NCBI GenBank assembly: GCA_037445735.1
Contig: JBBIJY010000003.1
Coordinates: 64,001 to 128,000, forward strand
Reading direction: 5' to 3'
DNA from: Armatimonadota bacterium
GTDB lineage: Bacteria > Armatimonadota > Fimbriimonadia > Fimbriimonadales > GBS-DC
DNA length: 64,000 nt
This document shows, piece after piece, positions 1 through 8,578 of this stretch (the first letter of the stretch is position 1; each line of letters starts with the position of its first letter). Position numbers and translations under genes: made by a program. Under the pieces are notes generated by a model. It was not told the DNA's origin. It was given only the letters and a program-made list of their open reading frames with translations, and ran no database searches.

Positions 1-818
1 TCCAGTGTGGCGGTGCCGGAGCAGACAATCGCGGCGTCGGCGTGTGCCAGCATATCCCACACGGGGCGCGTCTCGGTCAGAACCCAGCCGTGTGAACCCT
101 CCCCCCACAGGCGATGAATCCACTCCGTCGAGAAGCCCGGCGCGACCGACAGCACAAACTGCACTTCGGGCAGATAGGTGCTCACCTGTTCGGCGACGCG
201 CGCGTACAGGGGCACATGAGCCATCACTTCGTGCCGTCGGCTGCCGGGCAACAGCGCGACAATCGGGCGGTTCGAATCCAGCCCCAGCCGATCGCAGAAG
301 GCGGGTTTGGGCATCGACTCCCGCGCCAGTCGCAGCAGGGGATGACAGATGCGCACCGCCCGCGCCCCCATCGCCTGCAACAACTGCGCCGACCATTCAA
401 ACGGGGTCAGAATCCAGTCGGCGATGAGGGGCAGATCGTGCCCCTGCCACTCCCGTCGCCAGCTGCCCGGCGGGATGTAATAACACACGCGGACGCCATG
501 CGACCTCGCCCAGCGACAGAACGGGATGTTGAACGCGCCGAAATCGATGGGGATGAGCCAGTCGGGACGCTGCTCGAGCAACACCCGCCTGAGCCGCTGG
601 AACGCACGGAATACAACAGGCAGCACGCGCAGCGATTCCACGACGCCAATCGCGCCCCAGTGGCGGCTGTCGATGAGCAGCCGCACGCCTGCCTGCTGCA
701 TGCGCGCGCCGCCGACGCCGTACACCTCCAGCGCGGGGAACTTCACCAGCAGATGACGCGCCAGATCCGCCCCGTACAGATCGCCCGATGCCTCGCCCGC
801 AAGAATCCACACCCGCAT
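1..818 (-). CDS. lpxB: Lipid-A-disaccharide synthase (3' end runs off the window)
   Basis: Manual translation from ATG at 818: MRVWILAGEASGDLYGA...IPIDFGAFN...YYIPPGSW...ALLPGSRRHE...IVCSGTATLE. GGAGG RBS upstream, follows lpxA. Absent from the ORF track because it has no stop in the window. Confidence 0.93.
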   Translation of the reverse strand, partial: MRVWILAGEASGDLYGADLARHLLVKFPALEVYGVGGARMQQAGVRLLIDSRHWGAIGVVESLRVLPVVFRAFQRLRRVLLEQRPDWLIPIDFGAFNIPFCRWARSHGVRVCYYIPPGSWRREWQGHDLPLIADWILTPFEWSAQLLQAMGARAVRICHPLLRLARESMPKPAFCDRLGLDSNRPIVALLPGSRRHEVMAHVPLYARVAEQVSTYLPEVQFVLSVAPGFSTEWIHRLWGEGSHGWVLTETRPVWDMLAHADAAIVCSGTATL

Positions 819-840
819 CGATAGGCACCTCCACAGCATG

Positions 841-926
841 CCCCCTCACCCGTACCCTCTCCCCCTGAAGGGGGAGAGGGGCTGAACATCCTGTACTCTC
901 TCCCCCATCAAGGGCAGAGGGGCTGA
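841..926. repeat. REP-like palindromic element, one full and one degenerate copy
   Basis: CCCCTCACCCGTACCCTCTCCCCC-tgaa-GGGGGAGAGGG hairpin between lpxA and lpxB. Same family recurs at several other sites in the window. Confidence 0.85.
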
Positions 927-953
927 ACCGCCTGCCCGCTGCTGAGCGTGAAA

Positions 954-1754
954 CTATTTGCGTGAGGGGCGATCCAGCGCCCGCCCGTTGCGACCCTGCC
1001 GGATCTCCTCCATGAACTGGAGCAGATGTTCCAGTTCAGGATACATGGGCAGCTCGGCGCGGATGCGCTCCATCGCCTGCGTGAGGTTCAAATCGGCGTA
1101 GAACAGCAGGCGGCAGGCGGTTTTGAGGGCGGCGCGCACCTCCTCGGGGATGCCCGCCCGCCGCAGACCCACCAGATTGACGCCGTACACGCGCGCGGGG
1201 CTGCCCTCCACCAGCATGTAGGGCGGCACATCCCGCGTGATGCGCGACATGCCGCCCACCATCGCCAGCCGCCCGATGCGCGTGTGCTGATGGATGCCCG
1301 TCATCCCGCCGATGTTCGCCCCATCGCCAATCACGCAGTGCCCGCTGATGCCAACCGAGTTCGCTATCACCACGCCGTTGCCCACGCGGCTGTTGTGCCC
1401 GATATGCACATACGCCATCAGGAAGTTATCGTCGCCGATGATGGTCGCCTCGCCCTCGCCACTGGCACGATGAATCGTCACATACTCGCGGATCAGGTTG
1501 TTGTCGCCGATGCGCAGGAAGGTTCGCTCATGCTTGTACTTGCGATCCTGCGGGGGCGCGCCCAGCACTGACCCGTAGTAGATGTGATTGTTTTTGCCGA
1601 TGAAGGTGTTCTCCTCGATAATCACATGCGCCTCGATAATCGTGCCGCTATCGATCTGCACCTTCGGACCGATAATGGCGTAGGCGCCGACCTGCACATC
1701 GTCGGCAAGCTCGGCGCTCGGATGCACCATCGCTGTCGGATGAATTGCTGCCAT
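954..1754 (-). CDS. lpxA: UDP-N-acetylglucosamine acyltransferase
   Basis: IHPTAMVHPSAEL start, hexapeptide repeats, PQDRKY, IREYVTIHR, HIGHN. Start moved to MAAIHP. Confidence 0.95.
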   Translation of the reverse strand: MAAIHPTAMVHPSAELADDVQVGAYAIIGPKVQIDSGTIIEAHVIIEENTFIGKNNHIYYGSVLGAPPQDRKYKHERTFLRIGDNNLIREYVTIHRASGEGEATIIGDDNFLMAYVHIGHNSRVGNGVVIANSVGISGHCVIGDGANIGGMTGIHQHTRIGRLAMVGGMSRITRDVPPYMLVEGSPARVYGVNLVGLRRAGIPEEVRAALKTACRLLFYADLNLTQAMERIRAELPMYPELEHLLQFMEEIRQGRNGRALDRPSRK

Positions 1755-1764
1755 CGTTGTGTCC

Positions 1765-2256
1765 TCAAGTTTGTGGTGCGGCGCGATTGGGCGCAAGTGA
1801 ATCGGTGGTGAATCGGTCGGGGTCTAACAGCGCGAAGGTGATCTCGGCTTCGGCAACGGTTTCCTCGCCCACGCGGGCGACGGCACGCACGCGCCCCACA
1901 TCGCGCCGCATCCACAGCATCTCCACCTCAATCAGGAGCGTGTCGCCGGGCACCACAGGGCGTCGGAAGCGCACATTGTCCAGCCCACCCAAAAGCGCCG
2001 CCTTCTCCTGATTGCCCGGCATCGTCATCACCATCACCGCGCCCACCTGCGCCATCGATTCGACGATTAAGACGCCTGGCATAATCGCCCGCGCGGGGAA
2101 GTGCCCCTGAAAGAAGCTCTCGTTGACCGTTACATTTTTCAAGCCGACCACACGCTTGCCTGGCTCCAGCTCCAGAATCCGATCCACCAGCAGGAACGGA
2201 TACCGGTGCGGGATCAGGCGGCGGATCTGTTCCACATCCAGCGTCCATTCAGCCAT
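1765..2256 (-). CDS. fabZ: 3-hydroxyacyl-ACP dehydratase
   Basis: IPHRYPFLLVDRI, KNVTVNESFFQGHFP, MPGVLIVESMAQ. Confidence 0.95.
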   Translation of the reverse strand: MAEWTLDVEQIRRLIPHRYPFLLVDRILELEPGKRVVGLKNVTVNESFFQGHFPARAIMPGVLIVESMAQVGAVMVMTMPGNQEKAALLGGLDNVRFRRPVVPGDTLLIEVEMLWMRRDVGRVRAVARVGEETVAEAEITFALLDPDRFTTDSLAPNRAAPQT

Positions 2257-3094
2257 CGCGCTCCTCCGTCCGTGTCTGCCATTGCGGTCGCCGCTGCGCG
2301 ATTGCCTGCGCCAGGCGCACATCGAGCGCGTGCCCGGGCTTGATGGCGATTAGCGTGAACGCGCTCAGACGCGCCCCGCATAGCATCAGGTCGCCCAGCA
2401 CATCCAGCACCTTATGGCGCAGCGGCTCGTCCGCGAAGCGTGCCGTATTATAATACCTGTCAGGCGCGATGATTAAGGCGTTCTCCAGCGAGCCGCCGCG
2501 CGCCAGCCCCTGCCGCTCGAGCTGCTCCAGCTCGTGCAAAAAGCCGAAGGTACGCGCGGGCGCAATCTGCTCGCGGAACTGGCGCAGATCGAACCCACCT
2601 GCCTGAACCCCTATCGGTGGCGGGAACTGGATGTAGCCGAACGCATGCAGGTCGCCTGGCACCACACCCACTGCCCGATCGTCCTCTTGAACCCACACAG
2701 GTTCGCTCACCTGCGCGGCTGGTTCCTCGCCCACAACGCAGACGCCCGCCTGCTCCATCATCTCCAGAAAGGGCAACGCGCTGCCGTCCAGAATGGGCAC
2801 TTCACTGCCCGCCAGCACCTCCAGCAGGCAATCGGTGATGCCGAGCGCCCACAGCGCCGCGAGCAGATGCTCGACCGTGCCCAGCGTGCAGTCGCCCTCG
2901 CCCAGCACGACAGCGCGGTTCGTGTCGCGCACATAGTCCCAGCGAGCGGGGAACTGGCTCGCGCCCCTACGGATGAGCAGTCCGCCTTCGAACGGGTGCA
3001 GGCGCAGATGGGCGTGCTGACCCGTGTGCAGTCCGACGCCTGCGATGTCCACAGGCTTCGCGAGCGTGCGCCGTTCAGCGCGGCGGCTGTCCAC
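2249..3094 (-). CDS. lpxC: UDP-3-O-acyl-GlcNAc deacetylase
   Basis: GVGLHTG, TVEHLLAAL, EVPILDGSA, IAPARTFG, RHKVLD. GTG start at 3094 after GAGGAGG. Confidence 0.93.
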   Translation of the reverse strand: MDSRRAERRTLAKPVDIAGVGLHTGQHAHLRLHPFEGGLLIRRGASQFPARWDYVRDTNRAVVLGEGDCTLGTVEHLLAALWALGITDCLLEVLAGSEVPILDGSALPFLEMMEQAGVCVVGEEPAAQVSEPVWVQEDDRAVGVVPGDLHAFGYIQFPPPIGVQAGGFDLRQFREQIAPARTFGFLHELEQLERQGLARGGSLENALIIAPDRYYNTARFADEPLRHKVLDVLGDLMLCGARLSAFTLIAIKPGHALDVRLAQAIAQRRPQWQTRTEERDG

Positions 3095-4415
3095 CTGATC
3101 CTTCCTCCTCTTCGGTGTAGTAGACGGTTCCACTACCCCCCTCGGGCGCCCGCACCCATTCCTCACCCTCTTTCACCGACACAATCAGGCGCGGTACCAC
3201 GAACCTGCCATCGGGGTCCTCCAGCGTGACATTGCCAATCAGGGTCAGGATTTCGTTCTTCTGGTCGTACTCGGCGCGGTCGGCAGTCAACAGGCGTTGC
3301 TTGCCGTTCTTGAGCCGCTGGATTGCCCTGATGCCGCCCGTGATGTGCGCCACCTTCTTGCGGTAGAAATACTCGATCTGTCCGCATACGGCTTCGACAG
3401 GGTAGCGCTTCGCCTCTTTCAACTTGTCTTCTTCCTCGCCTTCGGCGGGTTGCTGGTTCGGCTGCTCACGCGGTTTGATCAGCAGGCGCACATTCTGGCT
3501 GAGCATCGCCCGCTTCTGGTTGTCGGCGTACCAGAGTTCGAGCTTGTTCGCGGCGAGGTCGATGCGCGGGTCTTTCAGCCACAGGTTGCCTGTGGCAATC
3601 ACATATTTGCGCTTGTTGTCCACTTCGGCGGCGGGCGCATAGGCGGTCGTGTCGCCATCGCGAAAGTTCAGCTCGTTGCCCTTCTGCAATCCGCTGGCGT
3701 CCCAGTACCATGAGCCGAACTTAACTTCCACCTCGCGGCGGTTGGGCGGCTCGCCCGTCTGGAGCCGTATCGTGCCACGCTCGATCAGCAGCGAGCGCTC
3801 GCGGAAACTGTAGGCGAGCCGTTCCGCGCGTGCCGAGCCGTCGCGCCAGCGCAGCTGGAACGGCTGCTCGATGGTGAGCCGCATCGTGCGCAGGTCGCAA
3901 TCGACCATCGGCGCCTCGATGGTCAGGGGCGACGCGCTGACCAGAATGGGGTTCTGCAGCAGCGTGATGGTGGGCGTGCCAGGAATGTGCAGGCGGCGCA
4001 TCGGCTGATTGTAGAGTATCTCGCGAGCGGTGGCATATCCCAGCGGCTTGCCCGCCTCGTCGTAGAAAGTGCCCCTCTGAAGGTTGATGGCTCGCCAGTG
4101 GATGCGGCTCTTTTCGATTTCGATGCGTTCCACCTGCAGCGTTGCCAGCACGCGCCTGTCCTCACGCAGGGTGATCAGCGCTTCATCCAGACGCAGCTCG
4201 ATGTTCTGCAGTCCCGACTGCGCCATCTGCTGTGCCAGTCGCGCGAACGGGTCCTGACGGCGCAGCAGTTCGATGCCCCACAGCAGGGCAACGGCGACGC
4301 TCAGCGCAAGCAGCAGGCGAACAAAAACCATCCAGGGAGGCACGCGCTGTGTGAGCGGTGCCCCCAGCCGCGCCATTTCGGGCGATGGCAGCCCCTCAGG
4401 GACAATCCTCATCAA
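3075..4415 (-). CDS. LptA/OstA-like beta-jellyroll LPS-transport protein with N-terminal TM anchor
   Basis: TM helix, then beta-rich repeats (VIATGNL, LTADRAEYDQKNEILTLIGNV). Lies upstream of the lpx genes. Confidence 0.6.
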   Translation of the reverse strand: MMRIVPEGLPSPEMARLGAPLTQRVPPWMVFVRLLLALSVAVALLWGIELLRRQDPFARLAQQMAQSGLQNIELRLDEALITLREDRRVLATLQVERIEIEKSRIHWRAINLQRGTFYDEAGKPLGYATAREILYNQPMRRLHIPGTPTITLLQNPILVSASPLTIEAPMVDCDLRTMRLTIEQPFQLRWRDGSARAERLAYSFRERSLLIERGTIRLQTGEPPNRREVEVKFGSWYWDASGLQKGNELNFRDGDTTAYAPAAEVDNKRKYVIATGNLWLKDPRIDLAANKLELWYADNQKRAMLSQNVRLLIKPREQPNQQPAEGEEEDKLKEAKRYPVEAVCGQIEYFYRKKVAHITGGIRAIQRLKNGKQRLLTADRAEYDQKNEILTLIGNVTLEDPDGRFVVPRLIVSVKEGEEWVRAPEGGSGTVYYTEEEEGSGGQPPR

Positions 4416-4977
4416 TCGGTGGTGGCGGCACGACCGAGCTGTTCGGGTAAATCTCGACCGTGCCGAAATCGATCAAGCCAGGCGAGCTGAACACTGTGCC
4501 GACGACGCCCGCCCGCTCCGATGCGATCAGACAGCCGCCGCTGGTGTTCGGATCCGCGGGCAACTGAATGATGCGCACCCTGCCCGATGGATCGGTATGT
4601 TTGATAATGGCGGTGTAGTTGGCTGGCTTCTGAATCCAGATGCCTCGAAAGCGCACATTGGAGGGCACATTGCGCAGGATGAAGTCGCCCTCGCGCGCGT
4701 TCGGGTTGAACACTCTGGCGATATTGAGCGCGATCTCATCCGAGTCAGGCTGCCCTGCCACGACGCGCCGAAAACCCAGATCGCCCTGATCGGTCAGAAA
4801 CAGCACGGTGGCGTCACCAATCGGCGCTTTCGTGACGGAGTCGATCACGCGCAGGTAGGCGACGCGCTCCTGAACAACGACGCCGCCGCCACCGCCTGCG
4901 CCACCGCCGCCGCAACCGCTCAGCAGCGGCACCACCAGAATCGCTGCAATCCGTAGCCACCAGCTCGCTCGTCTCAT
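4396..4977 (-). CDS. Lipoprotein of unknown function
   Basis: MRRASWWLRIAAILVVPLLSG-C lipobox followed by a Gly-rich linker. Confidence 0.7.
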   Translation of the reverse strand: MRRASWWLRIAAILVVPLLSGCGGGGAGGGGGVVVQERVAYLRVIDSVTKAPIGDATVLFLTDQGDLGFRRVVAGQPDSDEIALNIARVFNPNAREGDFILRNVPSNVRFRGIWIQKPANYTAIIKHTDPSGRVRIIQLPADPNTSGGCLIASERAGVVGTVFSSPGLIDFGTVEIYPNSSVVPPPPIDEDCP

Positions 4978-5069
4978 TCGCTCTCTTGCCTCCATATCGT
5001 TCGACGATTCAGCCTGCCGTTTGATTTTCCTGCCAGCGATTATACCTTCCCGTCGGGTACACTCCCGAT

Positions 5070-6488
5070 GTGGGGCGACTGGAGTTCGATGCAGAAACCC
5101 TGCGCCAGATGGGTTATCGGGTGATTGATCTGCTGGTCGACTACTGGCAGAGCCTGTCGCAGCAGCCGCTGGGTCGGCGCCCGCCGCGCGAGGAGCTGGA
5201 GCCGTTATTGAGCGAGCCAATCCCGACCGCGCCCCAGCCGTTTGAAACGGTCCTGCAGGAGTTCCAGCAGAAGGTGCTGCCGAATGTGATCCATGTGGAT
5301 CACCCGCGCTATTTTGCCTTCGTGCCTGCGCCGAACAACCCGGTGGGCGCGCTGGCGGACGCGCTGGCAGCGGGCACGAACATCTTTGCAGGCACATGGA
5401 TGGTGGGCGCGGGCGCGACGCAGGTGGAGCGCGTGGTGGTCGACTGGCTCCGTCAGCTGCTCGGCATGCCCGAAACGGCGGGCGGGCTGTTCGTGAGCGG
5501 CGGCTCGGTCGCCAATCTGGTTGCGCTCGCCGCCGCGCGGCGCCATCAGCTGGGCGACGATTTCACGCGCGGCACGGTCTACTTCTCCGATCAAACCCAC
5601 TCCTGCGTGGAGCGGGCGCTGCGCATTCTGGGCTTCCGCAGGGAGCAGATGCGCGTTCTGCCCGCCGATGACAACTTTCGCCTGCCGCTCGATGCGCTGC
5701 AGGCGCAGATAGAAGCCGACCGCTCAGCGGGCTGGCAGCCGTTCTGCATCGTGGCGAACGCGGGCACGACCAATACGGGCGCCGTTGATCCCCTGCCCGA
5801 GCTGATCCAGCTCTGTCGGCAGGAGCGGCTCTGGCTCCATGTGGACGGCGCGTACGGCGCGGCGATGGTGCTGACCGACGAGGGCAGACGCCTGCTGAAG
5901 GGCATCGGCGAGGTCGACTCGCTGGCAATCGACCCGCACAAGGGCTTCTATCAGCCGATGGCAGCCGGCTGTGTGCTGACCCGCGAGTTCGAGCATCTGC
6001 GCGACGCCTTCCGAATCCTGCCGCCCTACCTGCAGGATAAGGAGCGAGGACTGCCCGGCATCGACCTGTGCGACTATGGGGTGGAACTCTCGCGCGGGTT
6101 CCGTGCGCTCAAGCTCTGGATGTCGCTCAAGGTGTTCGGACTGGACGCCTTTCGGCAGACGATGGAGCATAATCTGGCGTTGGCTCGCCTTGCCGAATCG
6201 CTCCTGCGCGAGCGGGCGGCTTGGCAGATTGTCTCGCCGGCAACGCTGGGCATCGTGGCGTTCCGCTATGCGCCGCCCGACCTGCCCGACGAATCTGCCG
6301 ACGCGCTCAATCGTGCCCTGGTGGACGCGATGATGAGCGACGGCTTCGCGATGGTCAGCTCCACCCTTTTGCACGGGCGCGTGACCCTGCGCATGTGTAC
6401 GCTGAACCCGCGCGCCACCGAAACGGATGTGCAGGAGACCATCGCCCGCTTAGACTGTTTCGCCCGCCAGCTCCACGCGCAACGGTGA
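5070..6488 (+). CDS. PLP-dependent group II amino-acid decarboxylase
   Basis: HPRYFAF, GGSVAN, SDQTHS, AGTTNTGAVD, WLHVDGAYG, DPHK (PLP lysine). Confidence 0.9.
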   Translation: MGRLEFDAETLRQMGYRVIDLLVDYWQSLSQQPLGRRPPREELEPLLSEPIPTAPQPFETVLQEFQQKVLPNVIHVDHPRYFAFVPAPNNPVGALADALAAGTNIFAGTWMVGAGATQVERVVVDWLRQLLGMPETAGGLFVSGGSVANLVALAAARRHQLGDDFTRGTVYFSDQTHSCVERALRILGFRREQMRVLPADDNFRLPLDALQAQIEADRSAGWQPFCIVANAGTTNTGAVDPLPELIQLCRQERLWLHVDGAYGAAMVLTDEGRRLLKGIGEVDSLAIDPHKGFYQPMAAGCVLTREFEHLRDAFRILPPYLQDKERGLPGIDLCDYGVELSRGFRALKLWMSLKVFGLDAFRQTMEHNLALARLAESLLRERAAWQIVSPATLGIVAFRYAPPDLPDESADALNRALVDAMMSDGFAMVSSTLLHGRVTLRMCTLNPRATETDVQETIARLDCFARQLHAQR

Positions 6489-6520
6489 GGTATTCTTCTG
6501 ACGATGCAGGAGGCAGAACG

Positions 6521-7015
6521 ATGGACTTGAACAGCGCACTGGTTCATCTGGCGATTAACCATTTTCCTGTGATGGGCGCGATTGGCGCGGCGCTGATTAT
6601 GCTGGGAGGGCTGATCCGCCGCAGCGCCGACGTGCAGAAGGTGGCGCTCGCAACGATGCTGATAGTCGGCTTGATGGCGTATCCGACCTATCTTTCGGGG
6701 CATCAGGCAGAGGAGCGCGTCGAGCGTATGGCTGGCGTGGACAAAGCCGCACTGGAAGCCCACGAGGAGCTGGGCACGGCGGGACTCTATGTGGGGCTTG
6801 CACTGGGGCTGATCGGGCTGGCGGGGCTGGTCATCAGCCGTGGGAAGTCGGTGCCTGTGGCGATGAGCATCGTCGCGCTGGCGGCAAGCCTGCTCGCATC
6901 AGGCTATATGGGCTATGTCGCGCACTCTGGCGGGCTGATCCGCCATCCCGAAATCAGCGGCGCACCACCCGCTCTTGGTGAAACGCACGAGTCGGAAGAA
7001 GGCGAGCATGAATGA
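6521..7015 (+). CDS. His-containing 4-TM membrane protein (DUF2231-like)
   Basis: HLAINHFPV, SGHQAEE, HEELG, AHSGGLIRHPEI. AGGAGG RBS. Confidence 0.65.
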   Translation: MDLNSALVHLAINHFPVMGAIGAALIMLGGLIRRSADVQKVALATMLIVGLMAYPTYLSGHQAEERVERMAGVDKAALEAHEELGTAGLYVGLALGLIGLAGLVISRGKSVPVAMSIVALAASLLASGYMGYVAHSGGLIRHPEISGAPPALGETHESEEGEHE

Positions 7016-7027
7016 GGGAGTGAAAGC

Positions 7028-7414
7028 GTGAGACCTGCAACCCGTCTGGTTGCGCTGACATGGCTGGCAATCGGTGTCAGCACGCTCTATCTGGCGTGGC
7101 GGGGTACGCCGATGCCCGTCAGCCTCAAGTTCTTCGCCGTCTTGCAGGTGGCAGGCGCAATTCTGACCTCCCTGCGCCATCCAGCGGGCTGGCTCATCCT
7201 GATTACCATGTCGGTCTTCACGATGGTGTCGGGGCTGTTCGCGCTCATCAGCGTGCCGTTTTTGCCGCCCGAATCGCTGAAGGACGCGCCGCGCATCGGT
7301 GGGCTGGACCCGCGCTGGCTGGCGAGCGCGACCGCGCTCTTCGCCGTTCTCTTCGGGCGAGCGAGCTGGCTCTGGCTGCGCAGGGACACGCCCAGCAACT
7401 GGCGAGCGGTATAA
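7028..7414 (+). CDS. Small membrane protein
   Basis: Four hydrophobic segments, RBS GAGGGAG. Confidence 0.6.
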   Translation: MRPATRLVALTWLAIGVSTLYLAWRGTPMPVSLKFFAVLQVAGAILTSLRHPAGWLILITMSVFTMVSGLFALISVPFLPPESLKDAPRIGGLDPRWLASATALFAVLFGRASWLWLRRDTPSNWRAV

Positions 7415-7433
7415 TTGAGCAGGTGATGCCAGT

Positions 7434-7988
7434 ATGGCAAGCGCGGTTCGTCAGCGTATGAGCGTTGCGGAATTTGAACGCCACTATCTGGGCAAACGCG
7501 CCGAGCTGTGGCGCGGGGAGGTGCGCGAATATATGCCAGCAAGCCCCAAACATGGAAAAGTTGCGCTGAATATTGGCGCCGAGATACACGCTTTCGCTCG
7601 CCAGCACCAGCTGGGCGTGGCTTTCGCCGCCGAGACGGGTTTTATTCTGCGCACGCCTGCGGGGGAGAGCGTGCTGGCGCCCGATGTGGCGTTCATCCGC
7701 AAAGAGCGCCTGCCCGAAGGCGAGTTCCCGGCGGGCTTCTGCCCGATCGTGCCCGATCTGGTGGTGGAGGTGGTCTCGCCCAGCGATTCGTACGCCGATG
7801 TGCGGGAGAAGGTGAGCGAGTGGCTGGCGGGCGGCGTGCCGCTGGTGTGGGTGGTAGACCCCCAGCGACGCGTGGTGGAGGTCTGGCGAGCAGGCGAGCC
7901 TGTGCAGACGCTGAGCGAGGGCGACACGCTTTCGGGTGATCCCATCCTGCCGAACTTCCAGATCAAAGTCAGCGCGCTGCTGGAGTAG
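7434..7988 (+). CDS. Uma2-family PD-(D/E)xK endonuclease, copy 1
   Basis: ELWRGEV..MP...HG, APDVAFI, PDLVVEVVSPSD, GVPLVWVVDP. Confidence 0.9.
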   Translation: MASAVRQRMSVAEFERHYLGKRAELWRGEVREYMPASPKHGKVALNIGAEIHAFARQHQLGVAFAAETGFILRTPAGESVLAPDVAFIRKERLPEGEFPAGFCPIVPDLVVEVVSPSDSYADVREKVSEWLAGGVPLVWVVDPQRRVVEVWRAGEPVQTLSEGDTLSGDPILPNFQIKVSALLE

Positions 7989-8021
7989 CCTGTCGCGGTA
8001 TCATCACGGGGGTGATTACAG

Positions 8022-8576
8022 ATGGCAAGCGCGGTTCGTCAGCGGATGAGCGTAGCGGAGTTTGAACGCCACTATCTGGGTAAACGCGCCGAACTGTGGC
8101 GCGGGGAGGTGCGCGAATATATGCCAGCGGGTCCAAAGCACGGAAAGGTCGCCGCCCGACTGACGGTTCGAATCGGGGCATATCTGCTGAACACGCGCGA
8201 AGGGGAGCTATTTGCCGCCGAGACGGGTTTTATTCTGCGCACGCCTGCGGGGGAGAGCGTGCTGGCGCCCGATGTGGCGTTCATCCGCAAAGAGCGCCTG
8301 CCCGAAGGCGAGTTCCCGGCGGGCTTCTGCCCGATCGTGCCCGATCTGGTGGTGGAGGTGGTCTCGCCCAGCGATTCGTACGCCGATGTGCGGGAGAAGG
8401 TGAGCGAGTGGCTGGCGGGCGGCGTGCCGCTGGTGTGGGTGGTAGACCCCCAGCGACGCGTGGTGGAGGTGTGGCAGGCAGAAGGGCAGGTGCGAACTCT
8501 CTCCGAGAACGACACGCTCACGGGTAAACCCGTGTTAAGGGGCTTTCAGGTGCAGGTCGCGGAGCTGTTCGAGTAG
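8022..8576 (+). CDS. Uma2-family endonuclease, copy 2
   Basis: Tandem paralogue of the previous gene at a 588-nt offset. Confidence 0.9.
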   Translation: MASAVRQRMSVAEFERHYLGKRAELWRGEVREYMPAGPKHGKVAARLTVRIGAYLLNTREGELFAAETGFILRTPAGESVLAPDVAFIRKERLPEGEFPAGFCPIVPDLVVEVVSPSDSYADVREKVSEWLAGGVPLVWVVDPQRRVVEVWQAEGQVRTLSENDTLTGKPVLRGFQVQVAELFE

Positions 8577-8578
8577 CC

